Source: Nannocystales bacterium (lineage in GTDB: Bacteria; Myxococcota_A; Polyangia; Nannocystales; Nannocystaceae). From it: a stretch of DNA of 64,000 bases. The translations under genes were made by a program, and so were the position numbers. The notes beneath the pieces were generated by a model. The model ran no database searches and was not told the origin of the DNA. It saw only the letters and a list, made by a program, of their open reading frames with translations. The stretch covers positions 768,001-832,000 of the forward strand of contig JBOEGF010000018.1 in the NCBI GenBank assembly GCA_050633305.1, read 5' to 3'. Each line of letters opens with the position of its first letter. Position 1 is the first letter of the stretch. Positions 37,457-46,917 of the stretch are shown here, piece after piece.

Positions 37457-39307
37457 TCAGGGTTTGGCGACGGCGCCCTTGCAGTCCGGCTCCCACGGCG
37501 CGCACAAGAAGCGCACGTGGATGTGACTCAAGTGGTCCTGGGAGTGGCGGAACACGCCCTTGGAGGATGCCCGTGGACGGGGCCACTGAATCCACTCGTC
37601 GAGCTCATCCTCGGTGGCGCCCATCTCGACCGCGGCTCGATACACAAACTCCTGGTAGCGCCAGTCGAGGAATACGTATTGGACTGCGCCGGTCTTGATC
37701 AGCGCGCGGACCAGGCCCCATACGGCGTACCAATCAACTTCCTCGAACATCGGGCGACGCGGTTTTTCGCCGCCGCTGTTGAGGTACTTCTTCTTGTAGA
37801 CGCCTTTGATCGTGGGGAGCCAGATGTCGATGTCTCGGCCCGCTTGGTGCGACTTGTGGGGTCGCAAGAGACCACCGTCGCGCGCGCTGATGTCGCTGAG
37901 GATGAGCTCTCCGTCGTAGTCGACGTCTTGACGGAACGCGGCGACGGCCTCTTGCAGGTTTGAGATCGTTTGCGAGCTGCCCCACATCAGGCGCGGCGTC
38001 CTGCGGATGTACAGCGGGCTGGTGGGGAGCTGGATCCCGCCGACGAGCTTTCCGGCGTTCGGTTTTCCGATGGACACGGCGCGGCGGTCAACGGTGAACT
38101 GGGGTAGCGGCTTTCGAGGTAGCCGGGCCTTGTACGGCTTGGGATCGATCCAGATGACGACCTCGGTTCCCGGGGCCAGCTTCGCGTCAGGGTTGTAGGC
38201 CTGCAGTCGGGTGACGGGGACGTCAAATCGCGCGGCGAGCTTGGTCCACGAGTTCTCGCCCGTGTCGACTGTGTACTTGACGCGCGTCTGTGGGAGCGGG
38301 CGGCGCTTGGGCGACTTGATGAGCAGGGTCGTTTCGGCAACCAGCTCTGGCTTATCGGGGTTGAGGAAGTTCCACTGTGCGACGTCGTCCAGGCTGACGC
38401 CGTAGCGCCGTGCGACGTCCGGGAGCGTCTCGAAAGGAATCACGACGTGGTCGATGGGACTGTCGACGTCGCCGATTTCGTCGGGGCTCTCTGCGTCCGC
38501 ACTCGCGCCGCTTGGACCCTCGGGCACCACCTCCGCGAAGCCGCCAATGCCGTCGTCATCGGCCTCGTTGTCTTGCTGCCCGGTCTCTGCGGCGTCTTGG
38601 CTGGCCGCTGTCTCGGGCTCGGCGGACTCGACCTCTGACTCCGGCCACAGCAACACCGCCGCCGTGATCGCGCCGGCGAGCGCGACCACCCCCGCGCCGA
38701 CCCCCAGGAGCTGGGTCATTCGCTTGCTCCCCGCGACCTTGCGACTGGTCGCGATGAACTCGCGCTGCAGTCGACTGATCTCGGGAAGCATTCCCGGTGG
38801 CGCGTTCTTCATCCACTTGGTCGCCCGCGCGAGCTCGTCGCTCTTGAGCGCAAGGTGTGGCGGTCGCCCCTCGTACTCCCACTGCTCGGCGTACCGAAGG
38901 TAGCGGCCATGCAGTTCGCGGTACTTTCGGTTGGGTCCTGGTGTACGGACGATGGACCCACTCGGTGAGAGCAGCTCGGCGGAAGAGGGTGCTCGCGAAA
39001 CCGCGGAGGGGGTCGCGGCAGGGACGAGCTCGACCAGCGTGCTTCCGACGAAGACCCGGTCCCCCGGACGGAGGGGGGAGGGAGCGCTGACGCGTTCGTT
39101 GTTGAGGTAGGTGCCGTTGGTCGACCCGACATCGGTCAGCAACACCCCATGGGGTCCGAGGTCGAGCTGGCAGTGGCGTGATGACACCGCACCCCCGGAG
39201 AGAACCACGTCGTTGAGTGCGGCCTCGCGGCCCAGCGTGAGGCTTTGGCCTCGGAACTGCTCCGTCCTGGAGGACCCGTCGGGGGTGGTGAGCCGGACTT
39301 CGAACAT
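37457..39307 (-). CDS. FHA - TM - 2x LysM - MepA-like (penicillin-insensitive murein endopeptidase) protein
   Basis: FHA (LGR, SSRH, STNG); TM; LysM-like ETLPDVARRYGVS and SWTKLAARFDVP; SIGKPNAGKL, HKSHQAGRDID (HxxxxxxD) and HIH zinc ligands. Confidence 0.85.
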   Translation of the reverse strand: MFEVRLTTPDGSSRTEQFRGQSLTLGREAALNDVVLSGGAVSSRHCQLDLGPHGVLLTDVGSTNGTYLNNERVSAPSPLRPGDRVFVGSTLVELVPAATPSAVSRAPSSAELLSPSGSIVRTPGPNRKYRELHGRYLRYAEQWEYEGRPPHLALKSDELARATKWMKNAPPGMLPEISRLQREFIATSRKVAGSKRMTQLLGVGAGVVALAGAITAAVLLWPESEVESAEPETAASQDAAETGQQDNEADDDGIGGFAEVVPEGPSGASADAESPDEIGDVDSPIDHVVIPFETLPDVARRYGVSLDDVAQWNFLNPDKPELVAETTLLIKSPKRRPLPQTRVKYTVDTGENSWTKLAARFDVPVTRLQAYNPDAKLAPGTEVVIWIDPKPYKARLPRKPLPQFTVDRRAVSIGKPNAGKLVGGIQLPTSPLYIRRTPRLMWGSSQTISNLQEAVAAFRQDVDYDGELILSDISARDGGLLRPHKSHQAGRDIDIWLPTIKGVYKKKYLNSGGEKPRRPMFEEVDWYAVWGLVRALIKTGAVQYVFLDWRYQEFVYRAAVEMGATEDELDEWIQWPRPRASSKGVFRHSQDHLSHIHVRFLCAPWEPDCKGAVAKP

Positions 39308-39426
39308 GCGGCGGAGATTCGGGCTTGGCTACGGAGAGTCTGCAAGCGCCTGGCCCGTGGGGGTCCGCCGAGTCGGACCACCGAGCGCTGGCTGTGTGAT
39401 GCGTGCGGACGGCATGGCTCGACCCG

Positions 39427-41385
39427 CTAGAAGGTGAAGGTATGTGTCGCGGCCTCGAGCTTGGTGGTCTTGGCGAACTTTGCGTTGGATCGGACGGCTC
39501 GCACTGCGCAGTTCTTCACGTTTGCCGTCGCGGTGCCGCCTGTTGCACGTGCGCCAAGGACGGTGCCGTCCGGCTTGATGTCGGCGCGGATCTTGACCGT
39601 CATGCCTGGGATTGCGCCTCCACATGACTTGACCTTCCCGGCTGCCTTGCCGAATCCAGCGCGCAGGTCCGCGGAGGTCAGAGCGGCCTTCGGTCCGGCC
39701 TTCTTCGGCGGCTTGCCGCCCTTCTTCTTTTTCTTCTTGCCGGACTTGGGAGGGGTGACGGCCTTGGTGGGCTCGGGCTCCGGTTCGACTTCGGGCTCGG
39801 GCTCGGGCTCCGGTTCGACTTCGGGCTCGGGCTCCGGTTCGGGCTCCGGCCGACCGATCTCGAGTCCTTCGGGCTCGGGTTCGGGTTTCGGCTCAGCTTT
39901 GGGCTCGGCCTTCTCGGTCGGGGTGACCTCGGGCTTGTCGGTCTGTGTGACCTTGTCCTCTTCGGATTCACCCCCGAGAAGCAACCACGCAGCCAGGCCC
40001 CCACCTCCGATTGCCACGATCGCGCCTGCTACGAGCAACGCCACGAACTTCCCGGTGGAGCGACTCTCGGTCGCAAACATCGTGTAGTCGCCACCGCCGG
40101 GTGCGGCCGTCGAAGGGGCGGTCTCGGGCAGGGGCGGCGACGTGGCCATCCCGGCGTGTCCTGGAGGGTTTGTGCCGACGCCACCAGGGGGCGCAACGCT
40201 GGCCGGAGCCATGTTTTGCGGCGGCACCGAAGCAGGGCGGCCCGCGGGATCCCAGCCGTGCGGACCGGGGTGGTGATTGTCGAGCCGTACGGTGCCGTAC
40301 TCGGGGTCGTAGCCGTCCTCTGGATCGAGCAGCAGCGTGCCGCCGCGCGGCTCTTCGGGTGCATGGCTCGGGGGCCGCGCATCGGGCAACCACATCGTGT
40401 TGCCGGCCCCGCCCGCATCGGGTCCGTTGTTCGGTTGGGCCTGCGCGTGGCTCACCGCCATGGGGCCCTCGTAGGCGGAAGCAGCGAGGTTTCCGTCGGG
40501 TCCGATCGCTTCGATCGCCGCGGAAAACTCCTCCATCGACTGGTAGCGGTCTTCGGGCTTCTTGGAGAGCGCCTTGACGATGACCGCTTCGACCGCAGGA
40601 CTGATGTTGGCGTCCGGAGCCTTGGTCGTGGGAGGTGTGAGCGGCTCGGTCAGGTGCTGGCTGAGCACCCGCATGAAGTTGTCCCCATCGTAGGGGACCG
40701 TGCCGGTCATGAACTCGTACAAGCAGACCGCCGCCGCGTAGACGTCGGTCCGGTTGTCCGCCGGCTCGCCACAGGCCTGCTCGGGGGCCATGTACTTGGC
40801 CGTGCCGAACACCGCGCCGGTGCGGGTGAGGCCGCCGCCGTCGCCCGACTCGGGGTCGGTGACCTTGGCGATACCAAAGTCGAGGAGCTTCACGAAGTCG
40901 CGCCCGTCAGGCTTCTTGATCAAGAAGCAGTTTGCGGGCTTGAGGTCGCGGTGGATGATGCCCTTGTGGTGTGCGGCCGCGAGCGCGCGAAGGATCTGCA
41001 CGATGAGCCCCTTCGCGCGGGGCCACGGCAGTCGCTTCTCTCGAATGAGGAGGTCGGCGAGGTCCTCGCCGTCGAGGTGCTCCATCGCGAAGAAGACCGA
41101 GCCCCCCGGGACGGGGCCGAAGTCGACGATGTCCACGATGTTCTCGTGGCCGATCATCGACGCGGCGCGAGCCTCTTGGAGGAAGCGGTCGACCTGCGTC
41201 TGATCTCGACAGAGCTCGTGGTGCAGAACCTTGATCGCCACCTGCTTGCGCAACGTGACGTGCTCGCCGAGGTAGACCGAGCCCATGCCTCCGTCTCCGA
41301 GCAGGCTCAGGACGCGGTAGCGGTCGGCGAGCGTGTGGCCGACCAGCCCCTCGGGCGTCGAGAGAATGGCGCTAGGATCTGTCAT
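39427..41385 (-). CDS. Transmembrane Hanks-type Ser/Thr protein kinase
   Basis: [29 protein letters not shown]; (EP)n linker; small C-terminal extracytoplasmic domain with two Cys; ATG at 41385. Confidence 0.95.
   Translation of the reverse strand: MTDPSAILSTPEGLVGHTLADRYRVLSLLGDGGMGSVYLGEHVTLRKQVAIKVLHHELCRDQTQVDRFLQEARAASMIGHENIVDIVDFGPVPGGSVFFAMEHLDGEDLADLLIREKRLPWPRAKGLIVQILRALAAAHHKGIIHRDLKPANCFLIKKPDGRDFVKLLDFGIAKVTDPESGDGGGLTRTGAVFGTAKYMAPEQACGEPADNRTDVYAAAVCLYEFMTGTVPYDGDNFMRVLSQHLTEPLTPPTTKAPDANISPAVEAVIVKALSKKPEDRYQSMEEFSAAIEAIGPDGNLAASAYEGPMAVSHAQAQPNNGPDAGGAGNTMWLPDARPPSHAPEEPRGGTLLLDPEDGYDPEYGTVRLDNHHPGPHGWDPAGRPASVPPQNMAPASVAPPGGVGTNPPGHAGMATSPPLPETAPSTAAPGGGDYTMFATESRSTGKFVALLVAGAIVAIGGGGLAAWLLLGGESEEDKVTQTDKPEVTPTEKAEPKAEPKPEPEPEGLEIGRPEPEPEPEPEVEPEPEPEPEVEPEPEPTKAVTPPKSGKKKKKKGGKPPKKAGPKAALTSADLRAGFGKAAGKVKSCGGAIPGMTVKIRADIKPDGTVLGARATGGTATANVKNCAVRAVRSNAKFAKTTKLEAATHTFTF
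39769..39848 (-). repeat. 30-bp-period / 6-bp tandem repeat encoding a (PE)n linker
   Basis: cggttcgacttcgggctcgggctc(gggctc) repeated; encodes [25 protein letters not shown]. Confidence 0.8.
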
Positions 41386-41500
41386 GCGAGCCCGGTGAGC
41401 ATATCGCAAACGTTGTGGGACAGCACGTAACTGAACCCCTCATGGGGGCGTGGTGACTCCGCATTGGAATCGCTGTGAACGCGCCGGGGAGGAGTTGGAC

Positions 41501-42877
41501 CTACCTGGACCGAGCGGCGTCCTCGATCCGACGGATCAGGTTCCCCCGGCCGGCCATCACGCCGGATCCGATCAGGAACTGGTCGCTCCCTGGAGCGCTG
41601 CCGAGAAGCATGATCCCGTGGTCTGCGGCCCGGCTGAGGGCCCCCACGTCGGCGTACTCGCGGGTCGGAATTGTGCGGGGCTCGGAGAACCCCAAATCGA
41701 CGTCATGGGCAGCCGGGGCGACAACAGCGCCGGCTGGGCCCATCGCGCTGCGTAGATCGCCCCCTCGACCGACAGCGGCCGCCAGGACCGAGGCCACCCC
41801 CCAAGCTGCGGAGCCAAGGACCAACCGAGGACCGGCGTGGGTCTCCTCGTGGGTCAGGACGATGGGGTTGGCTGCGCCACACAGCCAGTCAGCCGCCTCG
41901 AGCTCGCGAAGTGCGCTCCAGTCGGGGGAAACGAATGGATCTTCCTCCCGCCAGGCTGCACCGGTGAGGGTCCGGCCGACGCCCACCACGATCGGAACGC
42001 GCAGTCGCGCGGCGAACTCGGTGAGGGCCTCGAGGGTGGAAGGCGGGGTCGCCATGCCCACGAACACCGCGTCGGGTCGTTGGGGGTCGTCATGACGGAC
42101 GCAGCGCTCCAGCGCTTCGAGGATGTTGTCGGGGTCGACGTCGACGAGGTCGATGCCGATGTCCTCGTGCCCCGGGGACGACGCGACCAGCATGCGTAGG
42201 CCTCTCCAGCTCGCCTCGAGCCTGGCCACCACGGGCTGTCCGAGCAGGGAGGCGGCCGCGGCCGCGACGGTTCGCCGGATCTGCTGGGCGGCGTCGACTC
42301 GCGCTTGAACATCCACCACCCCCGTTTGCGCGCGGCTCCCTCGAACCGCGCTGACGAAAGCGTCGAGCCCCGATTTTGCGGTTGCTTTGGGGCTCCCCCC
42401 TGGAAGCTCGGCCATCGCGAAGATGTCGTCCGCGATCGCGACGGCCGGCGCGGGGGCGGCGGCTGCGGGTTCGTCCGGCTCTGGAGGGTCGGGGAGCTCG
42501 GGTTTGTCCTGTTCGGCCGCGAGCTTCGGTTGGAACCGGTCGGCGAGCCCTCCCTTTCCGACGATGCGTTCGACCCGGGCGCGCACGACTTCCGGCGCGA
42601 GGTCGTGCTCTTTGGTGAGGGCCTGCGCGAGATCTCTGAGCTTCCGAAGGGGTTCGACGGCCTCCACCACATCCTCGACCCGGAACGTTCGGGGCCGGTT
42701 GAACTGCAGGGGCACCGGGCCCAAGGCGGCGTCACCGAGGGACTCCGGGAGCATCACAGCGGCGTCCACACCCAGGGTCTTCATCACCGTGGCAAATCGT
42801 TCGCCGGATACGGGGACCTTCTGGCCGGTCGGAGACGTTGTGAAGGTTGCAGCCGCGAGCCATCGGTGCTTTGGCAT
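41501..42877 (-). CDS. Divergent TssB-TssC fusion (sheath-domain protein)
   Basis: N-half PVSGERFATVM..LQFNRPRTFRVEDVVEAVEPLRKL aligns by eye to TssB; RLEASWRGLRMLV, WSALRE, TIPT align to TssC; ATG at 42877. Confidence 0.75.
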   Translation of the reverse strand: MPKHRWLAAATFTTSPTGQKVPVSGERFATVMKTLGVDAAVMLPESLGDAALGPVPLQFNRPRTFRVEDVVEAVEPLRKLRDLAQALTKEHDLAPEVVRARVERIVGKGGLADRFQPKLAAEQDKPELPDPPEPDEPAAAAPAPAVAIADDIFAMAELPGGSPKATAKSGLDAFVSAVRGSRAQTGVVDVQARVDAAQQIRRTVAAAAASLLGQPVVARLEASWRGLRMLVASSPGHEDIGIDLVDVDPDNILEALERCVRHDDPQRPDAVFVGMATPPSTLEALTEFAARLRVPIVVGVGRTLTGAAWREEDPFVSPDWSALRELEAADWLCGAANPIVLTHEETHAGPRLVLGSAAWGVASVLAAAVGRGGDLRSAMGPAGAVVAPAAHDVDLGFSEPRTIPTREYADVGALSRAADHGIMLLGSAPGSDQFLIGSGVMAGRGNLIRRIEDAARSR

Positions 42878-42944
42878 CACAGCGACGGTAACAGGAGTCG
42901 AAGGCGTTCCCAAGGTGGGGCACGGTGGGCGATGCTTCACGCCG

Positions 42945-43397
42945 ATGTCGGTCCGAGCCCTTCTCTTCACCGCCGCGTCCCTGTGTCTCGTCCCGTCTGG
43001 CTGCAAAGATGCGGCCTTCGGGCCCGAGGACGCGACGGCGATTCGCTCGGTCATGGACGCACAACAGGCGGCCTGGAACGCCGGAGATATCGATGCGTTC
43101 ATGCAGGGCTATCACCAGCAGTCCGACGTGGTGTTCACCTCGGGCGGGAAGATTCGCAAGGGCTGGCAGGCGACGCTGACCGCGTATCGGGAGCGCTACG
43201 TCGAGGGAGACGCGAAAATGGGGGCGTTGGCGTTCTCCGACCTGGAGATCCAGGAGCTGGGCCCGGGGGCCGCTGTTGTCCTGGGGCGGTGGGAGCTCTC
43301 GGAGACCCCACAAGCCGGGCACGGTGTGTTCTCGCTCGTGTTCACGAAGGCGCAGGGGCAGTGGGCCATCCTTCACGACCACAGCTCGTCGGAGTAG
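42945..43397 (+). CDS. NTF2/SnoaL-like (DUF4440/YybH) protein, probably a lipoprotein
   Basis: QQAAWNAGDIDAFMQGY, MGALAFSDL, WAILHDHSS; signal with PSGC; ATG at 42945. Confidence 0.85.
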   Translation: MSVRALLFTAASLCLVPSGCKDAAFGPEDATAIRSVMDAQQAAWNAGDIDAFMQGYHQQSDVVFTSGGKIRKGWQATLTAYRERYVEGDAKMGALAFSDLEIQELGPGAAVVLGRWELSETPQAGHGVFSLVFTKAQGQWAILHDHSSSE

Positions 43398-43411
43398 GAT
43401 CGGCTCCGGTC

Positions 43412-43873
43412 ATGTTCATCATCTTTGGCGACAAACACCGCACCGAGACGGTCGCGGACGGGCTTCGGGTGGAGCGGGAATGCCCCGCGTGCAAGACGGT
43501 CGCGATGTTTCGCGAGCGTGTCGTGACCAAGCGGTTCCGGTTGTACTTCGTAGACATGTTTACGCACGGAACGCATCACGTGCTCGAGTGCGGGGAGTGC
43601 GGACAGACGTTCGTGACCGATGAGTTGCCGAAGCAGCAACTCGAGAACGATCAGTCGGGAACCCTTCTTGGGCATGTCCAGGGCCTCGTGGACCGAGGCA
43701 AGGACGTCGCGCGGGACCCTCGTGTTGTCGCCTCGGTGGGGCAGGCTCAGGCGGAGGCCACCCGAGCGCTGGGTGCTGCTCAGCAGGAGGCGACCAAAGT
43801 GTTCGGTACCGCGGAGAAGACCGTGAAGGGGTGGATCTCGGCGTTTCAGCGGCCCTCAAAGCCCGAGACGTAG
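43412..43873 (+). CDS. Zinc-ribbon domain protein
   Basis: MFIIFG...CPAC...FRLYFV...CGECG; ATG at 43412. Confidence 0.75.
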   Translation: MFIIFGDKHRTETVADGLRVERECPACKTVAMFRERVVTKRFRLYFVDMFTHGTHHVLECGECGQTFVTDELPKQQLENDQSGTLLGHVQGLVDRGKDVARDPRVVASVGQAQAEATRALGAAQQEATKVFGTAEKTVKGWISAFQRPSKPET

Positions 43874-44105
43874 TCGGTGTTGGGCCTGCGGGACCTCGAC
43901 CGACGACATGCCGCAGGTCGCTCGAGCCGGGTCGACCCGAACGTGGTCGCGTTACAGACCAGCGGGACGCTCGCAGCTCCGCAGCGCCTGCAGACCCCAG
44001 CTCTGCGCGTCCTGCATCCAGCGCTGGTACTCCCCGCGGGACGCGAGTCGTGCGCCTCCGCGCCGGTCGCCGAATATGCCGACCGGCGAGAGGTGGACCC
44101 TGTCC

Positions 44106-45395
44106 CTAGACCCGCTCGAGAACCGCCGCGGCACCGAGGCCGCCCGCCGCACACAGACCGAGCAGGGCGTGTTCTTTGTCGCTGTCGTGGAGCTCGTTGG
44201 CCATCGTCGTGACCATGCGAGCGCCGGTGGCACCAAACGGGTGCCCGATCGCAACCGAGCCGCCGTGGATGTTCAACTTGCCCGGGTCGACGTTGCCGAC
44301 CGCGTTTTCTTTGCCCAAGCGAGCTTCGGCAAACGCGTCGGACCCCAGCATCTTGAGCACGCTCAGGACCTGAGCCGCGAACGCCTCGTGGATGTCGACG
44401 TAGTCCATGTCGGACATCGACAGGCCCGCTCGGTCGAGCGCCTTCGGCATCGCGATCGCAGGACCCATGAGCAGCTGATCGGTTGGATCCACCGCGACGT
44501 AGGACCAGGAGCGGAAGGCAGCCAGTGGCGTGTAGCCCAGCGCTTTCGCCTTCTCCTCGCTCATCAGCAGCACGGCGGACGCTCCGTCGGTCAAGGGGCT
44601 GGAGTTGCCGGCGGTGAGGGTGCCGTCTTTGGAGAACGCGGCGCGCAGCTTGGCGAGCTTCTCCACGCTGGTGTCCGCACGGACGAGCCCATCGGCGGTG
44701 ACGGTCTTGCCGCCCGGTGTTGTGACGGAAGCGATTTCTTTGCGGAGGCGGCCTGAGGAAATTGCGGCAGCTGCTCGGTGGTGAGACTGGACGGCGAAGT
44801 TATCTTGGGCCTCGCGGGTGATCTGGTTGCGCTTGGCCATCTTCTCGGCCGACTGCCCCATCGTCTCGCCAGTGGACCGTTCTGCGATCTTCGGCATCTT
44901 CGGCAGAATCTCGTTGATCGGCATGAGCTGGCTGAGCACGCCGAGGTAGTCCATCGGCGTCGACTTGCCCATGGCCAAGGGGCCGAGGGTGCGAACGACC
45001 TTCTGCGGAAGCTTGAGTTCTGCGTTCGAGGTGGAGTCGGACCCGCCGGCGATCAGGACGTCGGCGTCACCACGCTCGATTGCGGAGACCGCGTTGGTGA
45101 TCGACTGGAGGCCCGATGCGCAGGCTCGGGTGACGGTGTAGGCCTCGACCGAGGGGGGGAGGCCGAGCTCGAGTGCGAGCTCGCGCCCCACGTTGGGTGC
45201 TGCCTGCGGGAGGATGACACCCCCCCAGACGATCCCTTCGAGCTCCTGGCGCGCGAGCCCGGTGCGCTGCAGCAACGCGTCGACGACCGAGGCCCCCAAC
45301 GCGATGGAGTCCATCTCGATGAAGTCGGTGAAGGCCTTGATGAAGGGGGTGCGAACGCCGGAAACGATGACGGCACATCGGAGAGTCTTGGACAT
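44106..45395 (-). CDS. fadI: Acetyl-CoA C-acyltransferase (thiolase, FadI/FadA2-like)
   Basis: GVRTPF, TRACASG, HEAFAAQ, GHPFGATG, LCAAGG. Confidence 0.92.
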   Translation of the reverse strand: MSKTLRCAVIVSGVRTPFIKAFTDFIEMDSIALGASVVDALLQRTGLARQELEGIVWGGVILPQAAPNVGRELALELGLPPSVEAYTVTRACASGLQSITNAVSAIERGDADVLIAGGSDSTSNAELKLPQKVVRTLGPLAMGKSTPMDYLGVLSQLMPINEILPKMPKIAERSTGETMGQSAEKMAKRNQITREAQDNFAVQSHHRAAAAISSGRLRKEIASVTTPGGKTVTADGLVRADTSVEKLAKLRAAFSKDGTLTAGNSSPLTDGASAVLLMSEEKAKALGYTPLAAFRSWSYVAVDPTDQLLMGPAIAMPKALDRAGLSMSDMDYVDIHEAFAAQVLSVLKMLGSDAFAEARLGKENAVGNVDPGKLNIHGGSVAIGHPFGATGARMVTTMANELHDSDKEHALLGLCAAGGLGAAAVLERV

Positions 45396-45447
45396 GATGG
45401 GACCTCGGGCTGTGGAAGCTGGAACGGGGTTGCTGGGCGTCGCGGCT

Positions 45448-46872
45448 CTACGCCCCGACGAGTGCTCCGCCGCAGACGCGGAGGACTTGGCCGGTCAGTC
45501 CGTAGGACCCCGGCGTGGAGAGGAACGTGATGGCGTCGCCTACATCCCGTGGTCGACCGCCTTGGGAGAGGTTGCTGAGGCGACGCGCCGCCTCTCGAAT
45601 GACGACTGGGATCGCTGCGGTCAGTCGAGTCTCGATGAAGCCCGGTGCGATGGCGTTGACGGTGATTCCGCGCGGGGCGGTAGCCTTGCTCAACTCGCGG
45701 ACGTAGCCGATGACCCCGGACTTCGACGCAGCGTAGTTGGTCTGTCCCATGTTGCCCGCGATCCCGGCCACGGACGACAACAGAACCAGCCGACCCCCGT
45801 CACGCAGCGGCCCATCGAGCAGGGCGTCGGTCATGCGGACGACGGCAGCCAAGTTGATGTTGAGGGTCTGGTCCCACTTGTCTTCCGACATCCGGGCCAA
45901 GGTCTTGTCCCGGGTGACGCCGGCGTTGTGGACGACGATGTCGACCCCGCCGTGGCGCTCGGTGAGGGTCTTCGCAATCTCGTCCGGAGCCTCGGGGGTC
46001 GAAACGTCGACGAGCAGGGTGGAGCCCCCGACACCGTGGGCGACCTGACTGCACAGTTGGGCGTCGGCGGGACGGTCCAGGCAGACGACGTGCGCGCCTT
46101 CATCGGCCAGGAGCTTGGCGGTGGCCGCCCCGATTCCCCGTGCAGCTCCTGTGACGAGGGCGACCTTGCCTTCGAGCGGCCGCGTCCAAGTGGGCTCCGC
46201 GTCGGAGGTGGCTTGGGCGGTGATGGTCAGCGGTTGCCCGGACACGAAAGCGGATCGCTTCGAGAGCAAGAAACGCAATGGCCCCGCGACGCGGTCTTCG
46301 GCGCCGTCTTCGATGTACAACACGTGGGCCGTCGACCCGCGTTTGCCCATCTCCTTGGCAAGACTGCGAGCGAACCCCTCCAGTCCGGCCTGGGCGGCGG
46401 CGGCGGCTGCGTCGCGGCAACCGCTTGGGGGCCTGCCGATGACGACCGCACGGCCGCACGAGCCGACCTGCTTCACCAGCGGATGGAAGAAACCGTAGAG
46501 CGCTCGCAGGTCGGTGGGGGAGGTGATCGCGGTGGCATCGAAGACGAGCCCGTTGACCCGGCCGCCGGCGATCTCGTCGCCTGGGTCGATGCGGGTCGCC
46601 GGACGCCCGAACGCTTCTCCTGGGTCGGAGAAGGCGGCGGCGAGTCCGTCGTGGGTGACGAAACACGATGCGCCGGCGCGGGTCAGTTGGGCGGCGAGTA
46701 CCTCGCGCAGAGGACCGTCACCGGCCGCTCCGACGACCAGGCGTGCGTCGTGCAGCGGCCGGGCCTTCATTGGCTCCTTGGCGCGCGCGAGCTTGGGCGG
46801 CACGGGGAGTGGCAGACCCAGTGACTTGATCACCTTGCGGGCGGGTTCGTTCTGGAGAAGGAAGTCGTTCAT
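45448..46872 (-). CDS. 3-oxoacyl-CoA/ACP reductase, FabG4-type with an N-terminal extra domain
   Basis: C-terminal SDR TGAARGIG, HNAGVTRD, YAASK; about 210-aa N-terminal extension. Confidence 0.9.
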   Translation of the reverse strand: MNDFLLQNEPARKVIKSLGLPLPVPPKLARAKEPMKARPLHDARLVVGAAGDGPLREVLAAQLTRAGASCFVTHDGLAAAFSDPGEAFGRPATRIDPGDEIAGGRVNGLVFDATAITSPTDLRALYGFFHPLVKQVGSCGRAVVIGRPPSGCRDAAAAAAQAGLEGFARSLAKEMGKRGSTAHVLYIEDGAEDRVAGPLRFLLSKRSAFVSGQPLTITAQATSDAEPTWTRPLEGKVALVTGAARGIGAATAKLLADEGAHVVCLDRPADAQLCSQVAHGVGGSTLLVDVSTPEAPDEIAKTLTERHGGVDIVVHNAGVTRDKTLARMSEDKWDQTLNINLAAVVRMTDALLDGPLRDGGRLVLLSSVAGIAGNMGQTNYAASKSGVIGYVRELSKATAPRGITVNAIAPGFIETRLTAAIPVVIREAARRLSNLSQGGRPRDVGDAITFLSTPGSYGLTGQVLRVCGGALVGA

Positions 46873-46917
46873 GGCAATGAGGGGGCTGGGCAGAACCGCG
46901 CGAGGCGGATCGTGTGG

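Noticed and set aside
39769..39848. CRISPR-like or contingency repeat
   Set aside because: In-frame coding repeat for a Pro-Glu linker with no unique spacers; no cas genes
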